From: Lachnospiraceae bacterium
GTDB taxonomy: Bacteria; Bacillota; Clostridia; Lachnospirales; Lachnospiraceae
Reading direction: 5' to 3'
Length of the DNA: 64,000 nucleotides
Assembly (NCBI GenBank): GCA_045114695.1
Contig: JBGUKX010000017.1
Location: 65,201-129,200, forward strand
Part shown: positions 1 to 10,945 of the stretch, piece after piece
Numbering within the stretch: the stretch's first letter is position 1
Layout of the letters: each line of letters starts with the position of its first letter
Notes under the pieces: model-generated
The model's database searches: none
Told to the model about the DNA's origin: nothing
The model's input: the letters and a program-made list of their open reading frames with translations, nothing else
Translations under genes and position numbers: made by a program

Positions 1-631
1 AGTCAAACTCGATTTTCTCCCGGATCTTCTTGATGTGGACCGTCACGGTGGCGATGTCTCCCACCGATTCCATGTTCCAGATCTCCCGGAACAGCTCCTC
101 CTTCTTATAGACCCGGTCCGGATGCTCCGCCAGGAAGGCGAGCAGGTCGAATTCCTTCGCCGTGAACTGTCTCTCCTCCCCGTTGACCCACACCCTGCGG
201 GCCGTCTTGTCGATCCGGAGGCCCCGGATCTCCAGCACGTCGTTCTTCCCGGCGCCGCCGCCCATGAGCCGGTCGTACCTCGCCAGATGGGCCTTGACCC
301 TGGCCACCAGCTCGCTCGGCGAGAAGGGCTTCGTGATATAGTCGTCCGCCCCCAGGCCCAGGCCGCGGATCTTGTCGATGTCGTCCTTTCTCGCGGAAAC
401 CATGAGGACCGGAACGTCCTTCTGCTCCCGGATCTGCCGGCAGATCTCGAAGCCGTCCGTCCCCGGCAGCATCAGATCCAGGATGTACAGATCATAGCTG
501 CCCTCAAGGGCGGCGGTCAGGCCCTTCGTCCCGTCCGTCTCGATATCGACCTCAAACCCGCTGAGCTCCAGGTAGTCCTTCTCAAGCTGGGCGATGGCTT
601 CCTCGTCCTCTATAATCAGAATTCTGCTCAT
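1..631 (-). CDS. OmpR/PhoB-family response regulator, runs off the left edge
   Basis: Manual translation from ATG at 631: MSRILIIEDEEAIA...DLYILDLMLPGTDG...GADDYITKPF...TAKEFDLL...TVTVHIKKIREKIE, i.e. receiver domain plus winged helix. Absent from the ORF track because there is no stop inside the window. Confidence 0.92.
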   Translation of the reverse strand, partial: MSRILIIEDEEAIAQLEKDYLELSGFEVDIETDGTKGLTAALEGSYDLYILDLMLPGTDGFEICRQIREQKDVPVLMVSARKDDIDKIRGLGLGADDYITKPFSPSELVARVKAHLARYDRLMGGGAGKNDVLEIRGLRIDKTARRVWVNGEERQFTAKEFDLLAFLAEHPDRVYKKEELFREIWNMESVGDIATVTVHIKKIREKIEFD

Positions 632-694
632 TTTTCCGTTCTCCTGTCCCCTGCCGCCCGGCCGTTTCCGCAGGAAGCGCGCCGGAAGGCTCTG

Positions 695-1651
695 TCACAC
701 GTAACCGAAGATGCCCCTGACCGACACCTCTCCCGCGGAGACGTACTCCACCGTGCCGTCCTCCCGCTCCACCGCGAGGCGGCCGAGCCGGTCGATGCCT
801 CTCGACACGGCGGTATAGGCGCCCGACGGATCCTCGATGCGGACCTCTCTGTCCCGGCTCACCAGAAGGGAGTCATAGGCGGCGGTCAGGCCCTCCATAT
901 CCCCGGTCTCCAGGTAGATCCCGTAATTTCTGTGAAACCTCGCCAGCACCGCTGCCGTCACCTCCGCCCGGGAGATGACGGGGGATTCCGGGGGCATCGC
1001 GGCGGGCTCCGAAGGAAGCGCCGCGGCGTTCCCGCTGCTGCTGTCCCGGCCGGGTCCGCCGTCTTCGCCGCTTCCCGAGGCGGGATTTCTCCGGCATTCC
1101 TCCAGCGCGAGACGAAGAGAGACTGCCCGGTCCCGGATCTCGGGAGCGAAGGCGGTGTTGTTTACATTGATGCCCGTCCCGATGACGATCCAGTCGATCC
1201 TGCCGTCCTCTGCCCCGGCCTCCGTGAGGATCCCGCAGATCTTCCTTCCGCGGATGACGATGTCATTGGGCCACTTGATGCCGACCTCCGGCCCGAGGGT
1301 CCCGGGAAAGAGCTCCCGCACCGCCTGGGCCACGGACAGCCCCATCACCAGCGTGAGGGCGGAGACGTGATCCGGCGCGAGGCCGGGCCTCAGCAGAAAG
1401 GAGAAATAGACCGCCTCTCCCTTCGGGCTGACCCATCTTCTGCCGCTCCGGCCCTTGCCGGCGGTCTGCTCCTCTCCCACGACGAGGAGTCCCTCCGGGG
1501 CTCCCTTCGCGGCCTCCCTCTTCACGCACTCGTTCGTCGAGTCGCACGTCCGGCAGTAGACCAGCCGGTAGAAGCCGTCGTCGCCGGACCTCTCCAGAAG
1601 TCCGGCCAGCTCCTCCGCCCACGGGGCCCCGCCGTCTCCGCAGGGCTTCAT
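695..1651 (-). CDS. birA: Biotin-[acetyl-CoA-carboxylase] ligase, no N-terminal HTH
   Basis: [36 protein letters not shown] and SAGEVSVR motifs; low-complexity internal insertion of about 40 aa. Confidence 0.9.
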   Translation of the reverse strand: MKPCGDGGAPWAEELAGLLERSGDDGFYRLVYCRTCDSTNECVKREAAKGAPEGLLVVGEEQTAGKGRSGRRWVSPKGEAVYFSFLLRPGLAPDHVSALTLVMGLSVAQAVRELFPGTLGPEVGIKWPNDIVIRGRKICGILTEAGAEDGRIDWIVIGTGINVNNTAFAPEIRDRAVSLRLALEECRRNPASGSGEDGGPGRDSSSGNAAALPSEPAAMPPESPVISRAEVTAAVLARFHRNYGIYLETGDMEGLTAAYDSLLVSRDREVRIEDPSGAYTAVSRGIDRLGRLAVEREDGTVEYVSAGEVSVRGIFGYV

Positions 1652-2637
1652 CCGAGGGTGGCCGCCATCACGGCCTTGATCGTGTGCATCCGGTTCTCCG
1701 CCTCATCGAAGACGACGGAGCGGGGAGACTCGAACACCTCGTCCGTGACCTCCATCGCGTCGAGCCCGAAGCGCTCGTGGATATCGCGGCCGATGCCGGT
1801 TCCGAGATCGTGGAACGCCGGCAGGCAGTGCATGAAGATCGCCTGAGGCCCCGCGTTTTCCATCACGGCGGCGTTCACCTGATAGGGCAGCAGGGCGCGG
1901 ATGCGCTCCTCCCAGACCTCGGCGGGCTCTCCCATCGAGACCCACACGTCCGTGTAGATGACGTCGGCGCCCGCGGTCCCCGCCTTGACGTCCTCCGTCA
2001 GGGTAATGGTGCCGCCGCTCTCCTTCGCGTATTCCCGGCATTCCTCCACGAGGGCGGCGTCCGGGAAATAGGCCGCGGCGGTGCAGGCGGTGAAATGCAG
2101 TCCCAGCTTGGAGCACGCCACCATCAGGGAGTTGCCCATGTTGTAGCGCGCGTCGCCCATGTAGGTCAGCTTCTTTCCCTTGAGGCCTCCGAGATGCTCG
2201 CGGATCGTCAGCATGTCGGCCAGCATCTGGGTCGGATGGAACTCGTTGGTGAGGCCGTTCCAGACCGGCACGCCCGCGTATTTCGCCAGCTCCTCGACGA
2301 TCGACTGATCGAAGCCGCGGTACTCGATGCCGTCATACATTCTTCCGAGCACGCGGGCGGTGTCCGCGATGCTCTCCTTCTTTCCGATCTGGGATCCGGA
2401 GGGATCCAGATAGGTCACCTGCATGCCGCAGTCATGGGCGGCCACCTCAAAGGCGCAGCGTGTTCTCGTGCTCGTCTTCTCGAAGATCAGCGCGATATTT
2501 CTGCGGGGGATATCGTAGTCATAGATCCCCTTTTTCTTCTTCTCCTTGAGCTCCGCGGCGAGATCCAGAAGATAGGTGATCTCCTCCGGCGTAAAGTCCC
2601 TGAGCGTCAGAAATGAACGTCCCTTCAAGCTTTTCAT
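1648..2637 (-). CDS. argF: Ornithine carbamoyltransferase
   Basis: [20 protein letters not shown] and FMHCLP motifs. Confidence 0.95.
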   Translation of the reverse strand: MKSLKGRSFLTLRDFTPEEITYLLDLAAELKEKKKKGIYDYDIPRRNIALIFEKTSTRTRCAFEVAAHDCGMQVTYLDPSGSQIGKKESIADTARVLGRMYDGIEYRGFDQSIVEELAKYAGVPVWNGLTNEFHPTQMLADMLTIREHLGGLKGKKLTYMGDARYNMGNSLMVACSKLGLHFTACTAAAYFPDAALVEECREYAKESGGTITLTEDVKAGTAGADVIYTDVWVSMGEPAEVWEERIRALLPYQVNAAVMENAGPQAIFMHCLPAFHDLGTGIGRDIHERFGLDAMEVTDEVFESPRSVVFDEAENRMHTIKAVMAATLG

Positions 2638-3476
2638 CGCAAATCTCCTTCCTGTATGCTCTGCGGCTCCGGGATGTCCGGACCCGCTGTCTCCCCGTAC
2701 GTCCGGCGCTGCCGCCGGGCCTCGTACATCAGTATGCCCGCCGCCATCGCCGCGTTGAGCGACTCCACGCGGCCCATCATCGGAATGCGGATCCGGCCGC
2801 TGCAGGCGGCCGCCGTCTCCTCCGTGACGCCGCGGCTCTCATTTCCGATCACAAAGGCGGTTCCCTTGCGGTAGCCGCAGTCCGTGTACACCCGGGAGCC
2901 CTTGAGATGGGCCGCGTAGGAGGCGATCTCTCTCGCCGCCAGGGCCCTCAGCAGCTCCCTGCCGTCCGGCACGTAAAAGTGCGGAACCCGGTAGATCGAC
3001 CCCATGGTGGCGCGGGTCGTCTTCGGGCTGTAGAGGTCCACCGACCCCTCCGTCAGAAAAACCGCGTCGACCCCGGCCGCCTCCGCGGTCCGGAGAATCG
3101 TCCCCGCGTTGCCGGGGTCCTGGAGATTCTCCAGCACCACCACCAGGGGGCACACGCCGCCGAGGGCGTCCTCCGGCGAAAAGGCCGTCTGCCGCACCAC
3201 CGCCATGATCCCCTGGGGACTCCTGGTGTCCGACAGGGAGGCAAACCGGCCGTCGTCCACCGCCTGGGGCTCCGGCGCGCCGGCGCCCGGGTCGAACCAG
3301 CTCTCCACGTCTGGGTGCTCCGCCGCGAAGCTCCGGGAGACCAGCACCTGCACGACGTCCGCCGGAGGCGCCTCCCGGACCAGCTTCTCCCCTTCCGCCA
3401 CAAAAAGGCCCTGCGTATCGCGGGCCTTTTTATTCTTCATAAGAAACTTGATATCTTTTAAGGATAGCATTGCCAA
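2634..3476 (-). CDS. TrmH/SpoU-family RNA methyltransferase
   Basis: [21 protein letters not shown] and [14 protein letters not shown] motifs. Confidence 0.92.
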   Translation of the reverse strand: MAMLSLKDIKFLMKNKKARDTQGLFVAEGEKLVREAPPADVVQVLVSRSFAAEHPDVESWFDPGAGAPEPQAVDDGRFASLSDTRSPQGIMAVVRQTAFSPEDALGGVCPLVVVLENLQDPGNAGTILRTAEAAGVDAVFLTEGSVDLYSPKTTRATMGSIYRVPHFYVPDGRELLRALAAREIASYAAHLKGSRVYTDCGYRKGTAFVIGNESRGVTEETAAACSGRIRIPMMGRVESLNAAMAAGILMYEARRQRRTYGETAGPDIPEPQSIQEGDLR

Positions 3477-3521
3477 GCTCCGCCCTCTGCGCTTCCGCGC
3501 GCAAGGACCCCGGAAATCAGG

Positions 3522-4553
3522 TCACAGCGACTCGTCCATGAGCGCCTTCGTGATCGAGCCCTTGCGGTAGCCGCCCGACATCGCCGTCGCGATCTCGTAC
3601 TGGTAATCGTCGATGCCCTTGACCATCGCCAGGGCCTCGTCGATGTCGAAATCCTGGAACTGTCCGTTCCGGTAGCCGACGACGCGCTCGCTCTTGCCCT
3701 CGATCAGGAGGTCCACCGCCATGCAGCCCATGATGGACGCGTAGACGCGGTCCTTCGCCGTGGGGCTTCCGCCGCGCTGCATGTGGCCCAGGATGGTCGC
3801 CCTGGTCTCGATGCCGGTGGCGGCCTCGATCCGTCTCGCCATCGAGGCGGAGTGACCGACGCCCTCGGCGTTGATGATGATGTGGTGCTTCTTTCCCCTG
3901 TGGCGGCTGTCTATGATGTTGTCAATGATCTTCTGCTCGTCGTAGTCGTATTTCTCGGGGAGCAGGATGTCCTCCGCCCCGTTGGCGATTCCGCACCACA
4001 GCGCGAGGTAGCCCGCGTTTCTTCCCATGACCTCGATGATCGAGCATCTCTCGTGGGAGGTCGAGGTGTCGCGCACCTTGTCGATGGCCTCCATGGCGGT
4101 ATTGACCGAGGTGTCGAACCCGATGGTGTACTCCGTGCAGGAGATGTCCAGATCGATGGTCCCCGGGATCCCCACGACGTTGATGCCCTGGTGGGCGAGG
4201 CACTGGGCGCCCCGGTAGGAGCCGTCGCCGCCGATCACGACGAGGCCGTCGATCCCGTGCTTCCGGCAGGTCTCCGCGGCGTGCTTCTGGCCCTCGGGGG
4301 TGCGCATCTCGGCGCAGCGCGCCGTGTAGAGAATGGTGCCGCCCTTCTGGATGGTATCCGAGACGTCCTGGGCGGACATCTCCCGGAGGTCGTCGTCCAT
4401 CAGGCCGTCATATCCTCTGTAGATACCGAAAACTCTGAGTCCTCTGCCGAGTCCGCGTCTGACAACGGCCCGGATCGCGGCGTTCATGCCCGGCGCGTCG
4501 CCGCCGCTCGTCAGAACCCCGATGGTCTTGATTTCTTTGTTCGATTCAGCCAT
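3522..4553 (-). CDS. pfkA: ATP-dependent 6-phosphofructokinase
   Basis: TSGGDAPGMN, IGGDGS, PGTIDLD, EVMGR and LGHMQRGG motifs. Confidence 0.96.
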   Translation of the reverse strand: MAESNKEIKTIGVLTSGGDAPGMNAAIRAVVRRGLGRGLRVFGIYRGYDGLMDDDLREMSAQDVSDTIQKGGTILYTARCAEMRTPEGQKHAAETCRKHGIDGLVVIGGDGSYRGAQCLAHQGINVVGIPGTIDLDISCTEYTIGFDTSVNTAMEAIDKVRDTSTSHERCSIIEVMGRNAGYLALWCGIANGAEDILLPEKYDYDEQKIIDNIIDSRHRGKKHHIIINAEGVGHSASMARRIEAATGIETRATILGHMQRGGSPTAKDRVYASIMGCMAVDLLIEGKSERVVGYRNGQFQDFDIDEALAMVKGIDDYQYEIATAMSGGYRKGSITKALMDESL

Positions 4554-4732
4554 AGCTTTCCCTCCCGGAAACAGGCGGCCGCTGCGGGAATCCGCCCCGC
4601 GCCTTGTCCCGGGACGTCCCCCGGGCCGCGGCTGCTCCGCCGTTGCTGCGCAGACAGTTTACCAGTTCATTTTAAAGCATGCCCATCATTTTTTCAATGA
4701 ATTGTCGTTCTTTTTCGGAGCGCGCCCTCCCG

Positions 4733-7700
4733 TCAGACGGAAGCGCCCGCTCCCTTCCTGACACGGACCGTCACGTTCTCCTCCCCGAAGATGCGCCGGA
4801 AGGCGGCCACGGTCTGGTCCGAGATCAGAATCCGTCCTTTGTCGCTCAGACGGCGGTACCGCCTGGTGTCCCGAAGGAACACGCACACCTCGTCGATGCC
4901 CTCCGACTCCGCCATCAGATCCTCCATCTCCCCCTGGCGCCTGAGGAAATCGTCCACGGTGGGGAAGGCGATCCACAGCTCCCTGGGCACGTCCTCGAAG
5001 CGGCTGATTTTCTCGCAGATCAGCTTGCTCGCCCGGTCGTCCTCGCCGGAGACCCGTCCCTCGACGAACACCTTGGCGTCCTCGGTCAGAAGCTCCCTGT
5101 ACTGCTCGTACACATTCGGGAAAACCAGCACCTCCACGGTTCCCACGACGTCCTCCAGGGTGATGAAGGCCATCGTCTTGTTGTTCTTCGTGTACTTGAT
5201 GGTCTTCTGGGAGATCATTCCCCCGATGGTCTGCCGCGAGTCGGCCCGGATCTTCGCCTCCCCGGTCTCCTCGTCCAGGGCGAAGTCCGAGGACACGGCG
5301 GTAACCCGGCTCTTCCAGAGGCTCTCGTACTCCTCCAGCGGGTGTCCCGAGAGATAGATCCCCAGGACCTCCTTCTCAAAGGAGAGCCTGACCTCCTTCG
5401 TAAACTCCCCGACGTCGGGAAACGGGGCGTCGAACTCCTTCTTCTCCTCCGGATTCATGAAGTCGAAGAGGGACATCTGGCCGGTAATCATCTCCTTGCT
5501 GTCGTAGGCCGCCCGGTCGAGAATGACGGGATAGACCTGCATCAGCTGCTTCCGCGTTCCTCCGAAGCAGTCGCAGGCGCCGGCCTTGATCAGGTTCTCG
5601 ATCGCCCTGCGGTTCATGTCCTTCCCGTAGGTGCGGGTGATGAAATCCCGGAAGGACTGATAGGGTCCCCCCGCGTTCCGCTCCTCGACGAGCCGGTCGA
5701 TCACGCCCCGGCCGACGGACTTGATCGCGTACATGCCGCAGCGGATGGAGCCGCCGGAGGCGGTGAACCGTCCCTGTCCGTCGTTGACGGAGGGCGGAAG
5801 AATGCGGATGCCCGTCGCGCGGCAGTGCAGCAGGTACTCGGCGCACTTGACGGGGCTGTCGATCACGGAGGTCATGAGGGCCGCCATATATTCGACGGGG
5901 TAATAGTATTTCAGGTACGCGGTCTGCATCGAGACCACCGCGTAGGCGGCGGCGTGGGACTTGTTGAAGGCGTATTTGGCGAAATCCGTCATCTCGTCGT
6001 AGATCCGGCTCGCCACATTTTCCGGGATGCCGGCCGCGATGCAGCCGGGAACCCCCTGCTCCTCATTTCCGTAGATGAAGTTCCGCCTCTCCTCCTCCAT
6101 CACGCCGGCCTTCTTCTTGGACATCGCGCGGCGCACGAGGTCGCTCCTGCCCATGCTGTAGCCGCCGAGATCCCGGACGATCTGCATGACCTGCTCCTGG
6201 TAGACGATGCAGCCGTAGGTCGGCCTGAGGATCGGCTCCACCAGCGGCGTGTCGTAGGTCACGGATTCCGGGTGCTCCTTGCCCCGGATGTATTTCGGGA
6301 TGAAGTCCATGGGGCCCGGGCGGTAGAGGGCGATTCCGGCGATGATGTCCTCCAGGGTGTGGGGCTTCAGCTCCTTCATGAAGCTCTTCATGCCGCTGCT
6401 CTCGAGCTGGAACACGCCCTCGCAGCGGCCGTGTCCGATCATTTCCATGACCTTCGGGTCGTCGTAATCGATCTTCTCCATGTCGAGAAGGCCGCGTCCC
6501 CCGTCGGGCCGGACCGCCTCCGCCGGATCGCCGCACGCTTCCCTCAGCCCGTCGTTGACGAGACGCACCGCGTTCTGGATCACGGTCAGCGTGCGGAGCC
6601 CCAGAAAATCCATCTTGAGAAGACCCAGCTCCTCCAGCGTCGTCATCGTGTACTGCGTCGTGATCGAGCCGTCCTGGGCGCGCGAAAGCGGCACATAGTC
6701 CACCACCGGCCGCCCGCAGATCACCACGCCGGCGGCGTGCATGGAGGTGTTTCTGGGAAGCCCCTCCAGGCGCTTCGACATGTCGATCAGGTAGTGAACC
6801 TTCTCGTCCCCCTCGTACTCCCGGCGGAGATCCGGGTTCATCTCCAGCGCCCGGTTCAGCGTCATGTTGAGCTCCTGGGGGATCATCTTCGCGATGCGGT
6901 CGGTTTCCGAATAGGGGAAATCCAGCGCCCGGCCCACGTCCCGGATCACGCCCCTCGCGGCCATCGTGCCGAAGGTCACGATCTGGACGACCCGCTTGCG
7001 GCCGTATTTGCTGACCACGTAGTCGATCACCTCCTGGCGCCTCTCGAAGCAGAAGTCGACGTCGATATCCGGCATCGACACGCGCTCCGGATTCAGGAAG
7101 CGCTCGAAGAGAAGGGAGTAGCGGACGGGATCCAGCTCGGTGATCCCCAGGGCGTAGGAGACGATCGAGCCCGCCGCGGAGCCTCTGCCCGGCCCCACGA
7201 TGATATCGTGGTCCTTCGCGAAGCGCACGTAATCCCAGACGATCAGGAAGTAGTCGACGAAGCCCATGTCCCGGATCGTCGCCAGCTCGTACATGAGCCG
7301 CTCCTTAAGCTCCGGCCGACGCTCCTCGTAGTCCGCCCCGTAGTTTCTCTCCATTCCCTGACGGCAGAGGAGATTGAGGTAGTCCCAGGAGGACATGTCC
7401 CCGGGGACGTCGTAGGCGGGAATCTTCCGCTCGCCGAAGGTGATGGTCACATGGCAGCGCTCCGCGATGCGGGCGGTGTTCTCCATCGCCTCGGGGACGT
7501 ACCCGAAGAGGGCCGCCATCTCCTGCTCCGATTTGACGAAGTACTGGCCGCCCTCGTAGCGCATCCGGTCCTCGTCCGAGACTTTCTTCTGGGTCTGGAT
7601 GCACAGCAGGATGTCGTGGGATTCCGCGTCCTCCTTCAGCGTGTAGTGGACGTCGTTGGTGCACACCAGGGGAATCCCGGTCTCCTCGTGGAGGCGGATC

Positions 7701-8269
7701 AGCATCTGGTTGACGTGCTTCTGCTCCGGGATGCCGTGGTCCTGGAGCTCGAGGAAATAATTGCCCTCCCCGAAGATGTCCAGGTACTCCAGCGCCGCCT
7801 TCTTCGCCCCGGCGAAGTCGTTGTCCCCGATGCGGCGCGGCACCTCGCCCGCCAGGCACGCCGACAGAGCGATAAGGCCCTCGTGATATTCCCGGAGAAG
7901 CTCCTTGTCGATCCGGGGCCTGTAGTAGAAGCCCTCCGTGAAGCCGGCGGAGACGATCCTCATCAGATTTCCGTAGCCGGCGTCGTTCTCCGCGAGAAGC
8001 ACAAGATGATAATAGCGGTCGTCAGAAACGCCCGCCTCCTTGTCAAACCGGCTTCCCGGAGAAACATAGACCTCGCAGCCGAGGATCGGACGGATCCCCT
8101 GCGCGAGGGCTTCTTTGTAAAAATCTATGCATCCGTACATCACGCCGTGATCGGTGATTGCCGCGGCCGTCTGGCCGAGCTCCTTCACCCGGGACACATA
8201 TTCCTTTATTTTATTGGATCCGTCCAGCAGGGAGTACTCCGTGTGGACGTGCAGATGAACAAATGACAT
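4733..8269 (-). CDS. dnaE: DNA polymerase III alpha subunit
   Basis: HLHVHTEYSLLDG PHP domain, GRGSAAGS, SMPDIDVDF, KMDFLGL, FNKSHAAAY, C-terminal OB fold. Confidence 0.97.
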   Translation of the reverse strand: MSFVHLHVHTEYSLLDGSNKIKEYVSRVKELGQTAAAITDHGVMYGCIDFYKEALAQGIRPILGCEVYVSPGSRFDKEAGVSDDRYYHLVLLAENDAGYGNLMRIVSAGFTEGFYYRPRIDKELLREYHEGLIALSACLAGEVPRRIGDNDFAGAKKAALEYLDIFGEGNYFLELQDHGIPEQKHVNQMLIRLHEETGIPLVCTNDVHYTLKEDAESHDILLCIQTQKKVSDEDRMRYEGGQYFVKSEQEMAALFGYVPEAMENTARIAERCHVTITFGERKIPAYDVPGDMSSWDYLNLLCRQGMERNYGADYEERRPELKERLMYELATIRDMGFVDYFLIVWDYVRFAKDHDIIVGPGRGSAAGSIVSYALGITELDPVRYSLLFERFLNPERVSMPDIDVDFCFERRQEVIDYVVSKYGRKRVVQIVTFGTMAARGVIRDVGRALDFPYSETDRIAKMIPQELNMTLNRALEMNPDLRREYEGDEKVHYLIDMSKRLEGLPRNTSMHAAGVVICGRPVVDYVPLSRAQDGSITTQYTMTTLEELGLLKMDFLGLRTLTVIQNAVRLVNDGLREACGDPAEAVRPDGGRGLLDMEKIDYDDPKVMEMIGHGRCEGVFQLESSGMKSFMKELKPHTLEDIIAGIALYRPGPMDFIPKYIRGKEHPESVTYDTPLVEPILRPTYGCIVYQEQVMQIVRDLGGYSMGRSDLVRRAMSKKKAGVMEEERRNFIYGNEEQGVPGCIAAGIPENVASRIYDEMTDFAKYAFNKSHAAAYAVVSMQTAYLKYYYPVEYMAALMTSVIDSPVKCAEYLLHCRATGIRILPPSVNDGQGRFTASGGSIRCGMYAIKSVGRGVIDRLVEERNAGGPYQSFRDFITRTYGKDMNRRAIENLIKAGACDCFGGTRKQLMQVYPVILDRAAYDSKEMITGQMSLFDFMNPEEKKEFDAPFPDVGEFTKEVRLSFEKEVLGIYLSGHPLEEYESLWKSRVTAVSSDFALDEETGEAKIRADSRQTIGGMISQKTIKYTKNNKTMAFITLEDVVGTVEVLVFPNVYEQYRELLTEDAKVFVEGRVSGEDDRASKLICEKISRFEDVPRELWIAFPTVDDFLRRQGEMEDLMAESEGIDEVCVFLRDTRRYRRLSDKGRILISDQTVAAFRRIFGEENVTVRVRKGAGASV

Positions 8270-8371
8270 ACTTCCCTTTCCGCGGCCTGCCCTTCACGGC
8301 CGGAATCCCGCCCGGCGCGGCGCGCGGGCTCCGGTTCTGCGAAAGGGGCTCCTTCCCGGTCAAATCCTCCG

Positions 8372-8989
8372 TCAGTCCATATGCCTGGTCGACGCAAACT
8401 GGTAGACCATGCCGATCACCGCAAACAGGACAAATACGGCGAGAACGACCAGAAGCTCCAGCGACCTGCTCCATCTGATGTGGACAAGATAGGTAAAGAT
8501 CGTGCTCGAGATGGTCTGCGCTCCCATGAACGCGGAGAGCACGATCACGACGGGCTTCATGTAGATCACCGCGAGGATCGCGGCCACCAGGCCGGCGGCC
8601 AGCGCGATGATACTCATGATCAGCTGCTCCAGCGTCGTGCGGCTCTGCAGCAGGGGATAGACGATTCCGGCGACCCCCAGCAGGACGACGATGAAAACGC
8701 CCACCCTGAAGAGGAAGAATCCGAGCAGCGCGAGAAGAACCGCCAGGCCGATCACCACGATGAGGCTCACCGGCGACTGAAGGGCGAACTGTCTGACGAT
8801 CGCGCTGCCGGCGATGATTCCGATCAGCGCGCCGTAGATCGCGGCGCAGACCCGGATCGCCTTGTAGCCGAAGAAGCAGTAGACGATCCCGAACACCAGT
8901 GAAATGATCACCGCGATCATCAGGCTCTTGTCCGTGTTTAAGGCTTCGATATTCAGATACTGACTCAGCTGTCTCAGGCTTTCTTCCAT
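8372..8989 (-). CDS. Multi-pass membrane protein (DUF4203/TMEM198-like)
   Basis: About seven hydrophobic segments; YCFFGYK and SAFMGA motifs. Confidence 0.7.
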   Translation of the reverse strand: MEESLRQLSQYLNIEALNTDKSLMIAVIISLVFGIVYCFFGYKAIRVCAAIYGALIGIIAGSAIVRQFALQSPVSLIVVIGLAVLLALLGFFLFRVGVFIVVLLGVAGIVYPLLQSRTTLEQLIMSIIALAAGLVAAILAVIYMKPVVIVLSAFMGAQTISSTIFTYLVHIRWSRSLELLVVLAVFVLFAVIGMVYQFASTRHMD

Positions 8990-9150
8990 AACTATCTCCT
9001 CCCTGTCTTTCTCCCGCCCCGTTCTTCAGGGACGGTACCGCAGCCGTCTCATGGTCATGATGCTTCCGCCGCTCCGCCGGGTCCGGGTCCGACCGGACCG
9101 GCGCAGATCGTGAGCGTCCGGCCCTGTCCGGACCGGTTCCCGTCGTGAAA

Positions 9151-10032
9151 TCACTTTTCCGTCAGCCGGATCTTTCCGCCGGACAGCTCCACCAGGCGCT
9201 CCCTGTAGAGATGTCCCACCGCGCGCTTGAACGCCGCCTTCGAGAGACCGAAGACCTCGCGGATCACCTCGGGGTCGGCCTTGTCGTCGAAGGGGAGCTC
9301 TCCCGCGTAGTCCGCGCGGATCTTCTGAAGAATGCGCTCCGAGTCCTCTCCGATCTCGAGATACGCCTTGTCGCGGACCGACAGATCCAGCTTCCCGTCC
9401 TCCTTGACGCCGGTCACCCGGAACGTCAGGGTCTCTCCGACGCGGAAGCCTCTCTGGGCGTCCTTCTTCGGGACCATGCCCGAGTACTGATCGTCCACCG
9501 CGACGAAGGTGCCGAAATTCTCCGCGTTCTGGTACACCGTTCCCGAGACGCTGTCGCCCGTCTGATAGGGCGAGGCGAGCTTCAGGTAGGGGTACAGCTT
9601 CATCGTGGCGGCGAGGCGCCCGCTCTTGTCGACGTAGAGGGCCGCCAGAATCTCGTCGCCCTCACGGATCTCGCCGGTGGTCTCCCGGAAGGGAAGCAGA
9701 AGGTCCTTCTCCAGGCCCCAGGCCAGGAACGCCCCGATCTTCGTCTTCTGAAGCACCCTGAGACGCCGGACCTCGCCGAGCGTGAGGGCCGGCTGCGCCG
9801 TCGTCGCGATCAGCCGGTCGGACGAGTCGCGGTAGACGAACACCCTGACGGCGGTGCCGACGGCGGCGTCCTCCGGAAGCTGCTTCCTCGGAAGAAGCAC
9901 CTCCCCGGGAAAGCTCCCGGCGCCGGGCGCTTCCCCGCCGGCGGGGGCGGTCTCCTCCCGCTCCCTCAGATAGGCGCCCTGTTCCCTGATCCTTGCAATT
10001 TCAAGCTCCTGATATTCACCAATCCTGATCAT
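9151..10032 (-). CDS. cvfB: CvfB-family S1-domain RNA-binding protein
   Basis: GAFLAWGLEKDLLLPF and SKAAFKRAVGHLY motifs; start placed at MIRIGEYQ behind a GGAG. Confidence 0.85.
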   Translation of the reverse strand: MIRIGEYQELEIARIREQGAYLREREETAPAGGEAPGAGSFPGEVLLPRKQLPEDAAVGTAVRVFVYRDSSDRLIATTAQPALTLGEVRRLRVLQKTKIGAFLAWGLEKDLLLPFRETTGEIREGDEILAALYVDKSGRLAATMKLYPYLKLASPYQTGDSVSGTVYQNAENFGTFVAVDDQYSGMVPKKDAQRGFRVGETLTFRVTGVKEDGKLDLSVRDKAYLEIGEDSERILQKIRADYAGELPFDDKADPEVIREVFGLSKAAFKRAVGHLYRERLVELSGGKIRLTEK

Positions 10033-10080
10033 TGTATCATAGTCTCCGTATTTTCGCACCCGATTTCCGTCCCGCGGGAA

Positions 10081-10842
10081 TCACAGGAACATCACGACGG
10101 CGCAGGCCGCCCCGTCCTGTGAGCAGAGGGCCGCGTAGACGGCGTCGTCCGTCCTGTACACCCTGGGACAGATCGTTTCCCCGAGTCTGCACTGTCTGAG
10201 ATACTCCACCCGCAGCTCCTTCCACCGGAAATCCTCCGGGAGGCAGGCGCAGGCCATCTCGATGTATCTCAGATTGTTCACGTGATAGTTGGTGTCGATG
10301 AAGGTCTCCGTGACGCGCACCGGCTCCAGAAGAACCGGCTCCGTCTCCGGCAGCCGGATCCGCCTCGGGGAGCACTCCATGTCCAGCGGGGGATCCAGCG
10401 GGATATTCGCCTTTTCCTCCTCGGGGACCCGGATCGGGATCTGCCGCTCCATGTCGTAGAAGACCCAGCGGGAATTCGCGACCGCGCAGAGCACGGGCTC
10501 CTCTCCCCCCTCCCGGGCGGCGCCCGGGCCGGTTCCGGCCCTCTCCCCGCCGCAGGGCGAGGCAAAGACCTCAAAGTTCCGGTCTCCCTCAAACCCGTGG
10601 AACCGGTAGGGAATGGTTCTCGCGGTGACGAGGCTGCCGAATTCGGGAAGCTCAAAGAGCTTCACCTGCCAGGAGACGATGATCCATCCCCGTTTCTCCC
10701 GCTGCCATATCTCCGGGCCCCTGCCGACCGAATCCAGCTGGAACACACAGCAGTCCTGAAGCCTCGTGATGAGCGCGGTGATCGTCATCTTTCTGTCGGA
10801 TCCGATCTCCGAGTATCTGACTCTCGATGAAAATTCGTACAT
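10081..10842 (-). CDS. Acyl-ACP thioesterase family protein
   Basis: RVRYSEI and IDTNYHVNNLRY motifs; double hotdog size. Confidence 0.88.
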   Translation of the reverse strand: MYEFSSRVRYSEIGSDRKMTITALITRLQDCCVFQLDSVGRGPEIWQREKRGWIIVSWQVKLFELPEFGSLVTARTIPYRFHGFEGDRNFEVFASPCGGERAGTGPGAAREGGEEPVLCAVANSRWVFYDMERQIPIRVPEEEKANIPLDPPLDMECSPRRIRLPETEPVLLEPVRVTETFIDTNYHVNNLRYIEMACACLPEDFRWKELRVEYLRQCRLGETICPRVYRTDDAVYAALCSQDGAACAVVMFL

Positions 10843-10945
10843 GTCTCTTCCCTTCGTCCGGTCCGCCGCTCACCGGCGGACGTCTTCTTCTGTCACCGTT
10901 TTCCCGTCATCGTGAAAGGAAGGCCCGGGCGGGAACGCCGGCGCG

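Noticed and set aside
4679-8266. 1195-aa plus-strand ORF, and similar long ORFs at 35-1846, 12293-14029, 53855-56908 and 60584-63028 (the last is the real GH94; its shadows are 60890-62377 and 62465-63100)
   Set aside because: These mirror well-identified genes on the opposite strand and have no recognisable domains.
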